Source of the DNA: Candidatus Saccharimonadota bacterium | Lineage (GTDB): Bacteria > Patescibacteriota > Saccharimonadia > Saccharimonadales > JAXHNE01 | Direction: 5' to 3' | NCBI GenBank assembly: GCA_034520885.1 | Contig: JAXHNE010000004.1 | Span: 9,983-73,982, forward strand | Length of the DNA stretch: 64,000 nucleotides | In this document: positions 8,901 through 19,876 of the stretch, piece after piece | How positions within the stretch are numbered: the first letter of the stretch is position 1 | Layout of the letters: every line of letters begins with the position of its first letter | Made by a program: the position numbers and the translations under genes | The notes under the pieces: model-generated | The model's input: only the letters and a program-made list of their open reading frames with translations | Told to the model about the DNA's origin: nothing | Databases searched by the model: none

Positions 8901-9057
8901 TACGTATTCTCCTTAGCATCATTGCTGGTTGATCAAAATAGTAACAGATTGGTATACAGAGGTCAACCACGTCAGAAATAGAAAGTGATAATTCGCTTTC
9001 GTAACAGATGAACATACCAAGATATATTCATTTTATTTCCTACGGAGGCCAATAACT

Positions 9058-10572
9058 TTATAGTTGTATCGGTTGCCGGCGGTATTGTAATGCTTCGCTC
9101 ACGTGTCGTTCGTCGATATCGCTCACATCATCTATATCGGCAATGGTACGGGCAACTTTTAAGATCCGCATGTAGCTTCGCGGCGAAATATCCAATCGTT
9201 GGGCGGCTTTCGTAAGCAGTGATTCCGCTGCCGCGGTAAGCCGGGCGTGTCGTTTTAGTTGTTTGTTGTCCAGACCGGCATTGGTAACTATCGGATCATC
9301 ATAACGCTTTTGTTGGCGGCGACGAGCACCATCTACCCGGTTCGCGATATTTTCACTGGTTTCCTCGTTAGCTTCGGAGGAAAGTAGTTTTTCGTGCCGT
9401 ACGTGGTCGACATCTACGAAAAGGTCAATTCTGTCAATTATCGGTCCGGAAAGTTTACGTTGGTACCGTACGATCTGGCCGGGCAAGCAGGTGCATTCCC
9501 GTGTGCTGCCATAAAAACCACAGGGGCAGGGGTTGGCCGTAGCGATTAATGTGAAATCCGCCGGAAAGGTATGTGAGCCCTTTGCCCGGGACACGGTGAT
9601 GACACGGTCTTCCAGGGGTTGTCGAAGTGCTTCGATTGTTGCTCTGGAGAATTCCGGTAACTCGTCAAAAAATAAAACGCCTTTATGGCTGAGACTAATC
9701 TCTCCCGGTCGAGGTCGCTGTCCACCACCGATGATGGAAATTTCACTGGCACTATGATGCGGAGAACGAAAAGGACGTTCGTGTACGATTCCCGCGTACT
9801 CTCTGTTCGTGAGGCTGTGTAGGTGAGTGATTTCCAGTATTTCTTCTTGGGTGAGGCGCGGTAAAATGGCCGGAAACGCCTTGGCCAGCATGCTTTTACC
9901 GGTGCCCGGCGGACCGCTCAGTAGAACGTTGTGGTTGCCGGCCGCCGCAATCTCCAAAGCCCGTTTAGCGCGTTGTTGGCCAACGATCTCGCCAAAATCG
10001 GTTTGTTGGGTACCGCCGGCTTCTGGCGGCTCGAAGGGTTTCGTATGAAGACTCGCCACCTCTTTCGTTTTAGTGAATAGCCCGTATAGATCCTGAATGG
10101 TATTGAGCGGGATCAGTTCGATATCCGGTATGAGTTTGGCTTGCTCTACATTGGCCCGGGGGATAATAAAACGGGTAATTCCTTTTTTCTTGGCATCGAG
10201 CAGACTACCAATCATGCCGCGAATCGGCCGGATAGAGCCATCCAGGCCGAGTTCGCCAAGGAAAATGGTGTTTTTGGCGTCGCGTGGACTGCCTTGTTCA
10301 CTTGCTAGTAGTATCGCCGCGGCAATAGCCAAGTCCAAAGCGGGCGTTTCTTTGGGCATATCGGCCGGAGCCAGATTAATGGTTATGCGTTTTTTGGGAA
10401 AGCTGATTTTGCTGCTGGCGAACGCGCTGCGTACGCGCTCCTTGGCTTCGTCGACCGCCTTATTGGCAAAGCCGACGATTACAAGGTTGGGGAGCCCGTT
10501 CGTAAGTACGCACTCTACGTCAATAAGCGTTCCGTCAATGCCGGCCGCAATACTCGAAACCCTAGCGTTCAT
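9058..10572 (-). CDS. YifB/ComM family Mg-chelatase-like AAA+ ATPase
   Basis: RITINLAPA, GPPGTGKS, RPFRSPHH, FDELPEF and NPCPCG motifs. ATG at 10572 follows GGAGG. Confidence 0.93.
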   Translation of the reverse strand: MNARVSSIAAGIDGTLIDVECVLTNGLPNLVIVGFANKAVDEAKERVRSAFASSKISFPKKRITINLAPADMPKETPALDLAIAAAILLASEQGSPRDAKNTIFLGELGLDGSIRPIRGMIGSLLDAKKKGITRFIIPRANVEQAKLIPDIELIPLNTIQDLYGLFTKTKEVASLHTKPFEPPEAGGTQQTDFGEIVGQQRAKRALEIAAAGNHNVLLSGPPGTGKSMLAKAFPAILPRLTQEEILEITHLHSLTNREYAGIVHERPFRSPHHSASEISIIGGGQRPRPGEISLSHKGVLFFDELPEFSRATIEALRQPLEDRVITVSRAKGSHTFPADFTLIATANPCPCGFYGSTRECTCLPGQIVRYQRKLSGPIIDRIDLFVDVDHVRHEKLLSSEANEETSENIANRVDGARRRQQKRYDDPIVTNAGLDNKQLKRHARLTAAAESLLTKAAQRLDISPRSYMRILKVARTIADIDDVSDIDERHVSEALQYRRQPIQL

Positions 10573-10611
10573 TTTTCCACCTCCCGTTTTGCGGAAGTAT
10601 AACATCCATAA

Positions 10612-10768
10612 AAGTAAAACCCCGCTTTTCTTGCGGGGTTTTAGCTATAAGTTGGTGTGGTTTTTGCTGGTGTTTGATGTTGGTTTCTTTTATGTAACAA
10701 CGGCTTGCGAGAAGCCGTTGTTACAGTAGTCGTTTTTGTTTTTGAGCACTTTTTTTATTCAAGTGCTA
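10612..10768 (-). ncRNA. candidate sRNA (left member of divergent pair)
   Basis: TTGACA-17-TAAGAT promoter (10802-10774), a 7-bp hairpin, a 14-bp perfect hairpin, an A/C-rich tract and the terminator aaaaccccgc/gcggggtttt. No ATG inside. Confidence 0.5.
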
Positions 10769-11176
10769 CCCACATCTTAAACAGCTACAAAACCGCTGTC
10801 AACATGTTTAAGGTTTATTTTTACATTGCCCTGTGTATAACTAGTGAGACTTTGTCTCGCCGCCAAGAAAATTCGGGGTTTGTCCGGGCAAGCGAAAACG
10901 TTTTCTTCATGCAAAAACGCATCAAAAAAACGAAGCGTCCAATTAATGCTTATTGACTGCCTCGTAAAGCGCGTAGGCGGAGTGCTTAGCGAGAATCTCG
11001 ATCTACATACTCGCTAATTTTGGAGGTGATTTCGTGAAGATTGCCAGCGATAATATTTCACGACCATAGCTTGTTGGTTGAGACAAGAGCGCCAATGCGA
11101 AAAAAAATCAAAAACCGACCATAAGTTCGCGAACTCCGTGTACCCGAAAGCTCATAGCCCTGAAAGCCCGAATCCA

Positions 11177-11204
11177 CATAAGCATAACTAGTATTATGCG
11201 GTCA
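11177..11204 (-). other. dif-like 11-6-11 site
   Basis: TGACCGCATAA-TACTAG-TTATGCTTATG compared with E. coli dif GGTGCGCATAA-TGTATA-TTATGTTAAAT. Confidence 0.4.
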
Positions 11205-11728
11205 TAAAACGATTTTCCCGCATGAGAGATGACTCGGATATTACCTTAAAAGGGTTCATCATAATGAACAATCCCGTAAAAGGTAATAAAAAACTAGCTC
11301 AAGCAGACAGGACGGGTTCATAAAATCTGTTCGTCGTGACCTCGTAATGCTGTAGCGTTTCTTCCGTTGCTTAGTGTCCTTTCGAAACACATATGATCGC
11401 GATACGCGTAAAACTCATAAAACGAACACGCTTTAGCTATGAAGAGTCGCCTTAAAATGGCGTTTTAAGGCGAAAAAAACCGTCATTTTAGCGTTCGAAA
11501 AATCACGCATGACGGGGCACTAATAGGAATTACCAAAAAGAAGGAAAAGACGAGCAACGATAACAAAAACACTTCGGATAGTTAACTAAAATGTACGACA
11601 TAAATTATTTTACTTACAACAATATTAATCGTGCATATAAAACGTAATCTATAATACTAAGGTGTAAATTATTTTAATTACAACAAAAGATTATTGACAA
11701 ATGTGATCTAAAAATGTATCTTACCATC

Positions 11729-11904
11729 AGTAAGTTGAAACAAAAACTTACCCGACGGCTCAAAATTAAGCCGATATCGCTCTCGTTTGAGAGCGGTCAG
11801 TCAAGCCACGGACGGCAAGCGCTACAAAGTCATTCACAAAGAGCGGATTTGCCGTCTTGGCACTAAATAAACACCCTACGAAACCAGTAGGGTATTTTTA
11901 TTTT
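11729..11904 (+). ncRNA. candidate sRNA or structured leader (right member of divergent pair)
   Basis: TTGACA(11694)-17-TATCTT promoter, four hairpins and the terminator accctac/gtagggt followed by a U-run. Confidence 0.55.
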
Positions 11905-11925
11905 GTAGCGTACACTTTAAGCAAT

Positions 11926-12273
11926 ATGCGTCGTATTTTAGGCAAAATTGGCATTTTTCTCAGCATCGCCCTGGTGCTTATTTTCTTCCTGTTTAACACC
12001 AACCCGAACCAACTTCCGCTCTTGTTGCTGTTCGTGCCATTTATTTTGGTGTATGTCTTGATGCTGCTTTTTTTTCACGAGATCGCCCGGCTATTTTTAA
12101 GGAATCTCGGCCAACACCAACGTCGCTGGATAGTCGGTTTTATCGCCTTATTGCCGGTCGGCTTGTTGCTTACGATGTCCGCCGGACAAACCGAAGCGAA
12201 CGACATCGTTTTGTTCGTGATATTCATGGCGTTGGTCATTTTTTACTTTAGCCGAATAAACTTCCTAAAATAA
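11926..12273 (+). CDS. membrane protein (4 TM)
   Basis: Four hydrophobic segments. ATG at 11926 was chosen because it lies downstream of the terminator. Confidence 0.75.
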   Translation: MRRILGKIGIFLSIALVLIFFLFNTNPNQLPLLLLFVPFILVYVLMLLFFHEIARLFLRNLGQHQRRWIVGFIALLPVGLLLTMSAGQTEANDIVLFVIFMALVIFYFSRINFLK

Positions 12274-12301
12274 CGGAAGATTTTTTGATATACTAACAGA
12301 G

Positions 12302-12712
12302 ATGAATCAAGAGAAGATGCCTTCAGACCAATCAAGTGAGTTGCCGCCTCCGGTCGAGCGGCAAGCAAGTTACGTCAACGAGCGGGAGTCGGCCAAAAAA
12401 GTCGAACAAGGCACTGTTGGCAGTTCGATGTCCGCTGCACCCCAGTCAAACGATTCGGGGTCACAAGCTGTGCAGGGTACTCCGCCCTCCTCTCAACAAC
12501 CGGCTCAACAACAAGCGACCAGGCAGGTAGTGACACCGCACATTGCCGACGATGAAGACTTGATTGAGAAAGAGTGGATAGAGAGCGCCAAACGTATCGT
12601 CGCACAAACCAAGGGCGATCCCCACGCGCAATCAGAGGGTATAGGAGCAATAAAAAATGATTACAAAAAGAAGCGATTCAATATTGATAACAACGTAAGC
12701 CAAGGGGAGTAG
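12302..12712 (+). CDS. hypothetical protein (ADDEDLIEKEW motif)
   Basis: Disordered N-terminus and helical C-terminus. Directly upstream of the VirB4/HerA-like ATPase gene. Confidence 0.75.
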   Translation: MNQEKMPSDQSSELPPPVERQASYVNERESAKKVEQGTVGSSMSAAPQSNDSGSQAVQGTPPSSQQPAQQQATRQVVTPHIADDEDLIEKEWIESAKRIVAQTKGDPHAQSEGIGAIKNDYKKKRFNIDNNVSQGE

Positions 12713-12713
12713 C

Positions 12714-15650
12714 ATGTTGGTGAGTATAATCCTCGGCTTTTTATTCGTACTCCTTCTGGGGTTGCCTCCGGCATTTATCATTGCCCGAAAATCACTCCGG
12801 GAACAGAAGAACTTTGAACGCGGCCTTAAAATGGTGCCGCTAAAAATACATTTACCGCCACAAAGTGATGATGCGGAAGCTGGCGGGCGGGACACGCGTG
12901 ACGTAATTGATGAAAATATCTCCAAGGCGCAGATTATGTACAACATCGTTGCCGGAACGGCGCACCAGGGCTTCATGAATAAGTTTTTTTACGGGCAACG
13001 CCACATTTCCTTTGAGATCGTGGGCGTAGGAGGGTTCGTAGAGTTTTATACCGCCGTCCCGGTTTCGCTGGTAGAGGTAGTAAAACAAGCAGTGGTGAGC
13101 GCCTATCCTTCCGCGCAGCTAGAAGAAGTTCCGGAGTATAATTTATTTTCCTCGGTTGGGAAGATTAGCGGAACTGCCGGCGGGGAGCTCACCTTAAAAG
13201 AAAACGCCGCCTACCCGATTGCGACCTATCAAGACTTGAAACGTGATGCCCTACAATCCATGTTAAGTTCGTTATCTACCATTAATGATAACGATGGCGT
13301 GGGTATTCAATTTTTGATGCGCCCGGCGCATAGCGATTGGCGCAAAGAAGCTTCGGCCATTGCCAGTCAAAAACGAAAAGGAGAGAAAAAAGGTGGCGGC
13401 CCGGAGAAAGCTCTGGGATGGGTTAACCAGGCTTTCCGCGCCTTGACCGCACCTCCGGAAGAAGGAGGAGGTGGTGACAAACCGGAGCTTTCCAATGCCG
13501 ACCAAGCGGTTATTGATTCCATTGATGCCAAAACGCAACATCCCGGATTCGAGGTGATTATTCGTGTGGTAGCCTCTTCGGACGTATCACAGCGGGCACA
13601 AACAATAGTAAAAAACGTAGTTGCGGCTTTCGCATTATTCGATTCCCAAGGGAAGAATGGGTTTAAGTATACCCCGGCCAAGGATATCGAATCTTTCGTG
13701 ACGGCTTACATTATGCGATTCTTCCCGCAAGAAAACGACAAAAACGTTCTTAATACGGTGGAGCTTTCCACGCTATTTCACTTTCCGGACGAAAAGAATA
13801 TTCCAACGTCCCAGTTACAACGACAGGCCTCCAAGCAAGTCGATGGCCCGCGCAATATGAGTGAAGACGGAATGTTGCTCGGCTACAATCTGTTTCGTGG
13901 TGCCAAAAAACCGATTCGTTTGGCTCACGAAGATCGACAGCGCCACTTGTACGCGGTCGGGCAGACCGGTACCGGTAAGTCCACGTTTTTGGAGAACATG
14001 GCCCTGCAAGACATGCTGGCGGGGAATGGGCTGGCATTCGTGGATCCCCACGGTGATACCGCCGAAAAACTCCTCTCCATGGTGCCAAAAGAGCGCACCG
14101 AAGACGTGCTGTACTTCTGCCCGGCGGATATGGATTACCCCATGGGTCTCAATTTGTTCGAATACGTTGATGAATACCAAAAAGACTTCATTATCCAGGA
14201 ATGCATAAACATGCTGTACAAACTGTATGACCCGCAGCGCCAGGGAATTATCGGGCCGCGTTTTGAGCGCATTTTTACCAACTGCGCCCAGCTCTTGATG
14301 GCCGATCCGAACGGCGGCACCTTCGTTGATGTACCCAAGCTGTTAATTGACCCGCAGTTCATGAAGGAAAAGCTTAAGTACACCAAAGATCAAAACGTAT
14401 TGGACTTCTGGACGAAAGAGTGGCCGAACGCCCAACGCTCCCAGGACGCCGGTGAGGTGACCAGTTGGGTAGTAAGTAAGTTCGGAGCTTTCTTGAGTAA
14501 CGAGATGATGCGCAACATTATCGGCCAAAACAAGAGTTCCTTTAATTTGCGCGATATCATGGACAATAAAAAGATATTACTGGTTAATCTGAGCAAAGGG
14601 CGTACCGGTGATATAAATTCCCGATTACTGGGAATGATCTTCGTTATGAAGTTCCAGGCCGCGGCCATGAGTCGTTCGGACGTTCCGGAAAGCGAACGCG
14701 TTGATTTTGGGCTTTACGTGGATGAGTTCCAGAGTTTCTCCACCGACTCTTTCGCCACTATTATGTCCGAAGCCCGAAAGTATCGGCTGAGTCTGATCGT
14801 AGCCAACCAATTTACCACCCAGCTTACCGAGGAAATTCGCGATGCTGTCTTCGGTAATATTGGTACTATCGTGTCCTTCCGAGTGGGGCAAAATGACGTG
14901 GAAACGCTGGCTCGCTACTTCCAGCCGACATTTGACGGCGAAGATTTATTACGAATCCCCAACCACAACGCGGTGGTGAGGACTTTGGTGAACGGCGTCC
15001 CGACGGCGCCATTCAGCATGGCTACCATTCCGCCACTCGGAGAGCCCAACAAAGAGCTCTTCCTGGCATTACGGCAACTATCCGCCGCTAAGTACGGCCG
15101 TCCGAAAGCGAAGGTCGAGGCCGAAGTATTCGAACGGCTGGCTACCAAAGATTCACCGAAACCCGGGGTTGGTCAGTCCGGTATGTCTCCCGGCGGAGGT
15201 GGCTTAAAACCCGGAGCGGCTCGCAAGCGTCCGGGCTCCGGCCCATCATCGTTCCTGGATGATTGGTTAGCCAAGCGCAAAGCGGCACCGTCACCGTCCG
15301 GGGCGCCGACCGCAGCAACCAAAGCGAGTCCGCAGCAACCAGGAGGCCCTTCGAGCGGGCCCGCAGCGCCAAAGCAGCCTTCTTCCGCCCCACCGCAAAC
15401 GACTCCATCACCGGCATCCTCGTCGTCACCTCAAGCGGGCGCGGGGAGTGCTACCGGCCAACAAGCTTCGCCACCACCGACTCAGCCAAACCGAACCGAG
15501 CCGCAAAAAGCGTCATCTAACGAAACGCCGCCCCCTGCTAAAAAGACGGAAGGCGAGCTACATGTCCATAAAGACGACGGCACGGACGAAGACACTATCA
15601 CTATCGACAAAGATGGCACTTTGCACCGGGTCGGTGAATCGCAAGAATAA
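12714..15650 (+). CDS. VirB4/TraG/HerA-like (DUF87) membrane-anchored ATPase
   Basis: N-terminal TM, Walker A GQTGTGKS, VDPHGD, Walker B YVDEFQ, SEARKYRL and a Pro/Ser-rich tail. Confidence 0.9.
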   Translation: MLVSIILGFLFVLLLGLPPAFIIARKSLREQKNFERGLKMVPLKIHLPPQSDDAEAGGRDTRDVIDENISKAQIMYNIVAGTAHQGFMNKFFYGQRHISFEIVGVGGFVEFYTAVPVSLVEVVKQAVVSAYPSAQLEEVPEYNLFSSVGKISGTAGGELTLKENAAYPIATYQDLKRDALQSMLSSLSTINDNDGVGIQFLMRPAHSDWRKEASAIASQKRKGEKKGGGPEKALGWVNQAFRALTAPPEEGGGGDKPELSNADQAVIDSIDAKTQHPGFEVIIRVVASSDVSQRAQTIVKNVVAAFALFDSQGKNGFKYTPAKDIESFVTAYIMRFFPQENDKNVLNTVELSTLFHFPDEKNIPTSQLQRQASKQVDGPRNMSEDGMLLGYNLFRGAKKPIRLAHEDRQRHLYAVGQTGTGKSTFLENMALQDMLAGNGLAFVDPHGDTAEKLLSMVPKERTEDVLYFCPADMDYPMGLNLFEYVDEYQKDFIIQECINMLYKLYDPQRQGIIGPRFERIFTNCAQLLMADPNGGTFVDVPKLLIDPQFMKEKLKYTKDQNVLDFWTKEWPNAQRSQDAGEVTSWVVSKFGAFLSNEMMRNIIGQNKSSFNLRDIMDNKKILLVNLSKGRTGDINSRLLGMIFVMKFQAAAMSRSDVPESERVDFGLYVDEFQSFSTDSFATIMSEARKYRLSLIVANQFTTQLTEEIRDAVFGNIGTIVSFRVGQNDVETLARYFQPTFDGEDLLRIPNHNAVVRTLVNGVPTAPFSMATIPPLGEPNKELFLALRQLSAAKYGRPKAKVEAEVFERLATKDSPKPGVGQSGMSPGGGGLKPGAARKRPGSGPSSFLDDWLAKRKAAPSPSGAPTAATKASPQQPGGPSSGPAAPKQPSSAPPQTTPSPASSSSPQAGAGSATGQQASPPPTQPNRTEPQKASSNETPPPAKKTEGELHVHKDDGTDEDTITIDKDGTLHRVGESQE

Positions 15651-15652
15651 TC

Positions 15653-16216
15653 TCAGCCGCGCCGTTTTTTAGCGCGCACCAACACCTCGAATAATAACCC
15701 GCCAACGAAGCCGGCGGCGTAGAGCAATATAAAGAGTGTGTAATTGTACTGGAATCCGTAGTGTTTAGCGAAGTACAAAACCGTGATTGACCCCGCAAGC
15801 GCAATTAAACCGCCGCCAAGTACGCCGGACGGTCGAGCTATCGTTTTGCCCGCGGCATTGCTGATAGTTTCCACGCTTTTTTGGTGAACGACCTTGCTAA
15901 AGGCGCGTTGGGTGGGAGATAACCGCGAACGTACGTTTTTCATGGTTTTCTTGTAGCCTTCACGTTTTAGGTCGCCTTGGTGGTAAGCGGGGGGAGACTT
16001 AGTTTCTTGGGAGTTTAGCGGGGTATGTTCACGAGTTTCGGCAGTGCTTTCAACTTGTTCGCGCAGTGCTTCGATTTGTTCTTCGTTGGTTTCTTTTTCT
16101 TGTTCCGCCAGTTGTTTTACGCGCTCAATATTCTTCTTTGATTGTTCCGCGGAATCTACGTCGACTTCCGGTGTGGATTGTCGTTCGGGTGATTGTGGTG
16201 AGAGTCGTTCGCCCAT
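15653..16216 (-). CDS. hypothetical membrane protein
   Basis: Coiled N-terminus and two C-terminal TM segments. Confidence 0.75.
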   Translation of the reverse strand: MGERLSPQSPERQSTPEVDVDSAEQSKKNIERVKQLAEQEKETNEEQIEALREQVESTAETREHTPLNSQETKSPPAYHQGDLKREGYKKTMKNVRSRLSPTQRAFSKVVHQKSVETISNAAGKTIARPSGVLGGGLIALAGSITVLYFAKHYGFQYNYTLFILLYAAGFVGGLLFEVLVRAKKRRG

Positions 16217-17646
16217 TATTGTCCTCCGTTCGCGTAGTCCAGTCGGATGATCTGGGTTTCTTTACGCAGTAAATGCGCCCGTGCCAGGAAATATCCTACG
16301 AAAATAGTGACTGCCGTGGCAACGAGCATGCTTTCGCCCGGGCCGGTTTGCGGAAGAGTTCTCGTGGCGGTCTCGACCGTTTTGTTCACGGAGCGCGGCA
16401 CTTCAATATTTACGGAGTTTCCATAGAACGTATTATTCATGACCAGATCATAAGCAGTCGGATCAGAGGTGGATATAGGAGTTTCGGGGATCGGATCCTT
16501 AATCTCAACGGTGATAGTTTTTTGCACGGTTCGTCCGGGAGCTATGGTTTCTTCCGGCCAAACAATAACGTCATCGTCATTGATCTCGCCGCCGCTACGA
16601 TCAGTGATAGTGGCGTAGTGTAGGATGTCGCTGACATCTTCCTTTATGGTAAAGTCCGGCACCTCGACTTTGCCATCATTCTTAACACTTAAAGTGTATA
16701 CAATGCGATCGCCGGGTTGTGCCGTAGTACCGTTCGCATCATCAATATCTTGCGTAAGATTGCTGGCAGCCTTATCCAACTTTAGGCAAGTTTCTACGTT
16801 GTTAACTTCATCCGCTTCGGGGCAAGGATAACATTCTTCTTGGGTACTTTGGGTGCCAGGAATGTTGGGACACACGTCACAATCTTCGAAATTATACTGT
16901 ACCCCCTCTACGGCGGGACACACGTCACATTCTTCGACCGATGTTTGCACCCCGTTCTTGTTGGGACACACGTCACATTCATTAGTAGATTCTTGTACTC
17001 CGGGATCTGCCGGACAAGCATCTTCCGGCTCCGGCGGTGGAGGAGGCGGCGGTGGCGGTGGTGAGTACTTTCCGTCCGTCACGATATTGCCACAGTTGTA
17101 TAAGACAAAAACGGTATCACCGTGTTTGTTTGTCATTTTTAGTACTTTATAAGTGGAGTGACTGCCGCTATCGAATGCCCACAAGTTCCGCATGAAATAG
17201 GTAGTGTTTGCGATACTCACCGGATACTCGTCAGTTTGTTTACCGGTGCGCGTGACTACTGATCCACGACTTTCGCGTCCCATGGAGTCCAGCTGCTTGT
17301 TGTAGTCAGTCGACTTAATCCAAACGGTTTCTGCCTTTCCCAAGGTGCCGCAGTCAACTCCGTAGTATGAGAGGATTCTCTGAAAATCCCGGGTTTCATC
17401 CAGGCACATCAACCAAGCCTGGGTACGCGTATCGAATCCGCCATGGATAATATCGTTACTGGAGGCCGCCAGCGTTGGTTCCGGCGGGGAAATAACCGCG
17501 AACAACTGTACGAACATGCTCAGCACCACCATAACGACGCCGAGTCGGCGGAGTTTTTCTTCTTGCTTCAGCCGCCCGTAATAAAAAGCGATTTCGCCCA
17601 GAATACTGGGGTTGAAGGGAAGGTTGCTGACAAGTTTTCGAAACAT
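16216..17646 (-). CDS. surface protein with Cys-rich TSP3-like repeats, DUF11-like domain and LPxTG-like anchor
   Basis: N-terminal TM, poly-Pro, four 16-aa D(A/V)CPxxxGxQ repeats, PGDRIVYTLSVKN, then LPQTG followed by a TM segment and basic residues. Confidence 0.8.
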   Translation of the reverse strand: MFRKLVSNLPFNPSILGEIAFYYGRLKQEEKLRRLGVVMVVLSMFVQLFAVISPPEPTLAASSNDIIHGGFDTRTQAWLMCLDETRDFQRILSYYGVDCGTLGKAETVWIKSTDYNKQLDSMGRESRGSVVTRTGKQTDEYPVSIANTTYFMRNLWAFDSGSHSTYKVLKMTNKHGDTVFVLYNCGNIVTDGKYSPPPPPPPPPPEPEDACPADPGVQESTNECDVCPNKNGVQTSVEECDVCPAVEGVQYNFEDCDVCPNIPGTQSTQEECYPCPEADEVNNVETCLKLDKAASNLTQDIDDANGTTAQPGDRIVYTLSVKNDGKVEVPDFTIKEDVSDILHYATITDRSGGEINDDDVIVWPEETIAPGRTVQKTITVEIKDPIPETPISTSDPTAYDLVMNNTFYGNSVNIEVPRSVNKTVETATRTLPQTGPGESMLVATAVTIFVGYFLARAHLLRKETQIIRLDYANGGQ

Positions 17647-17718
17647 TTTTCTTTTGCCTTATTTTTTTGGTGACGCTAGTGTTTATTTAATCATGAAACA
17701 AGGTGTTCAAGCAAGTGA

Positions 17719-19785
<2,067 letters not shown>

Positions 19786-19787
19786 TG

Positions 19788-19856
19788 TCAATTCTCAATT
19801 CTCAATTCTCAATTTTCAATTCGCTTCTAATTTCTAATTTCCAATTTCTAATTTCT
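19788..19856. repeat. 7-nt tandem repeats (AATTCTC / TTCTAAT)
   Basis: About nine heptamer units between gyrB and gyrA. Confidence 0.85.
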
Positions 19857-19876
19857 GTAACTGGAGGGAGGCACTA

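Noticed and set aside
10830-11700. Possible oriC (AT-rich tract, TGTGTATAA box, divergent highly expressed genes)
   Set aside because: Only one convincing DnaA-box match and no dnaA or dnaN nearby. GC skew cannot be computed here, so this is unsupported rather than excluded.
12714-15650. Conjugative element
   Set aside because: A lone VirB4/HerA-like ATPase of a type common in CPR chromosomes, with no relaxase or other T4SS genes here.
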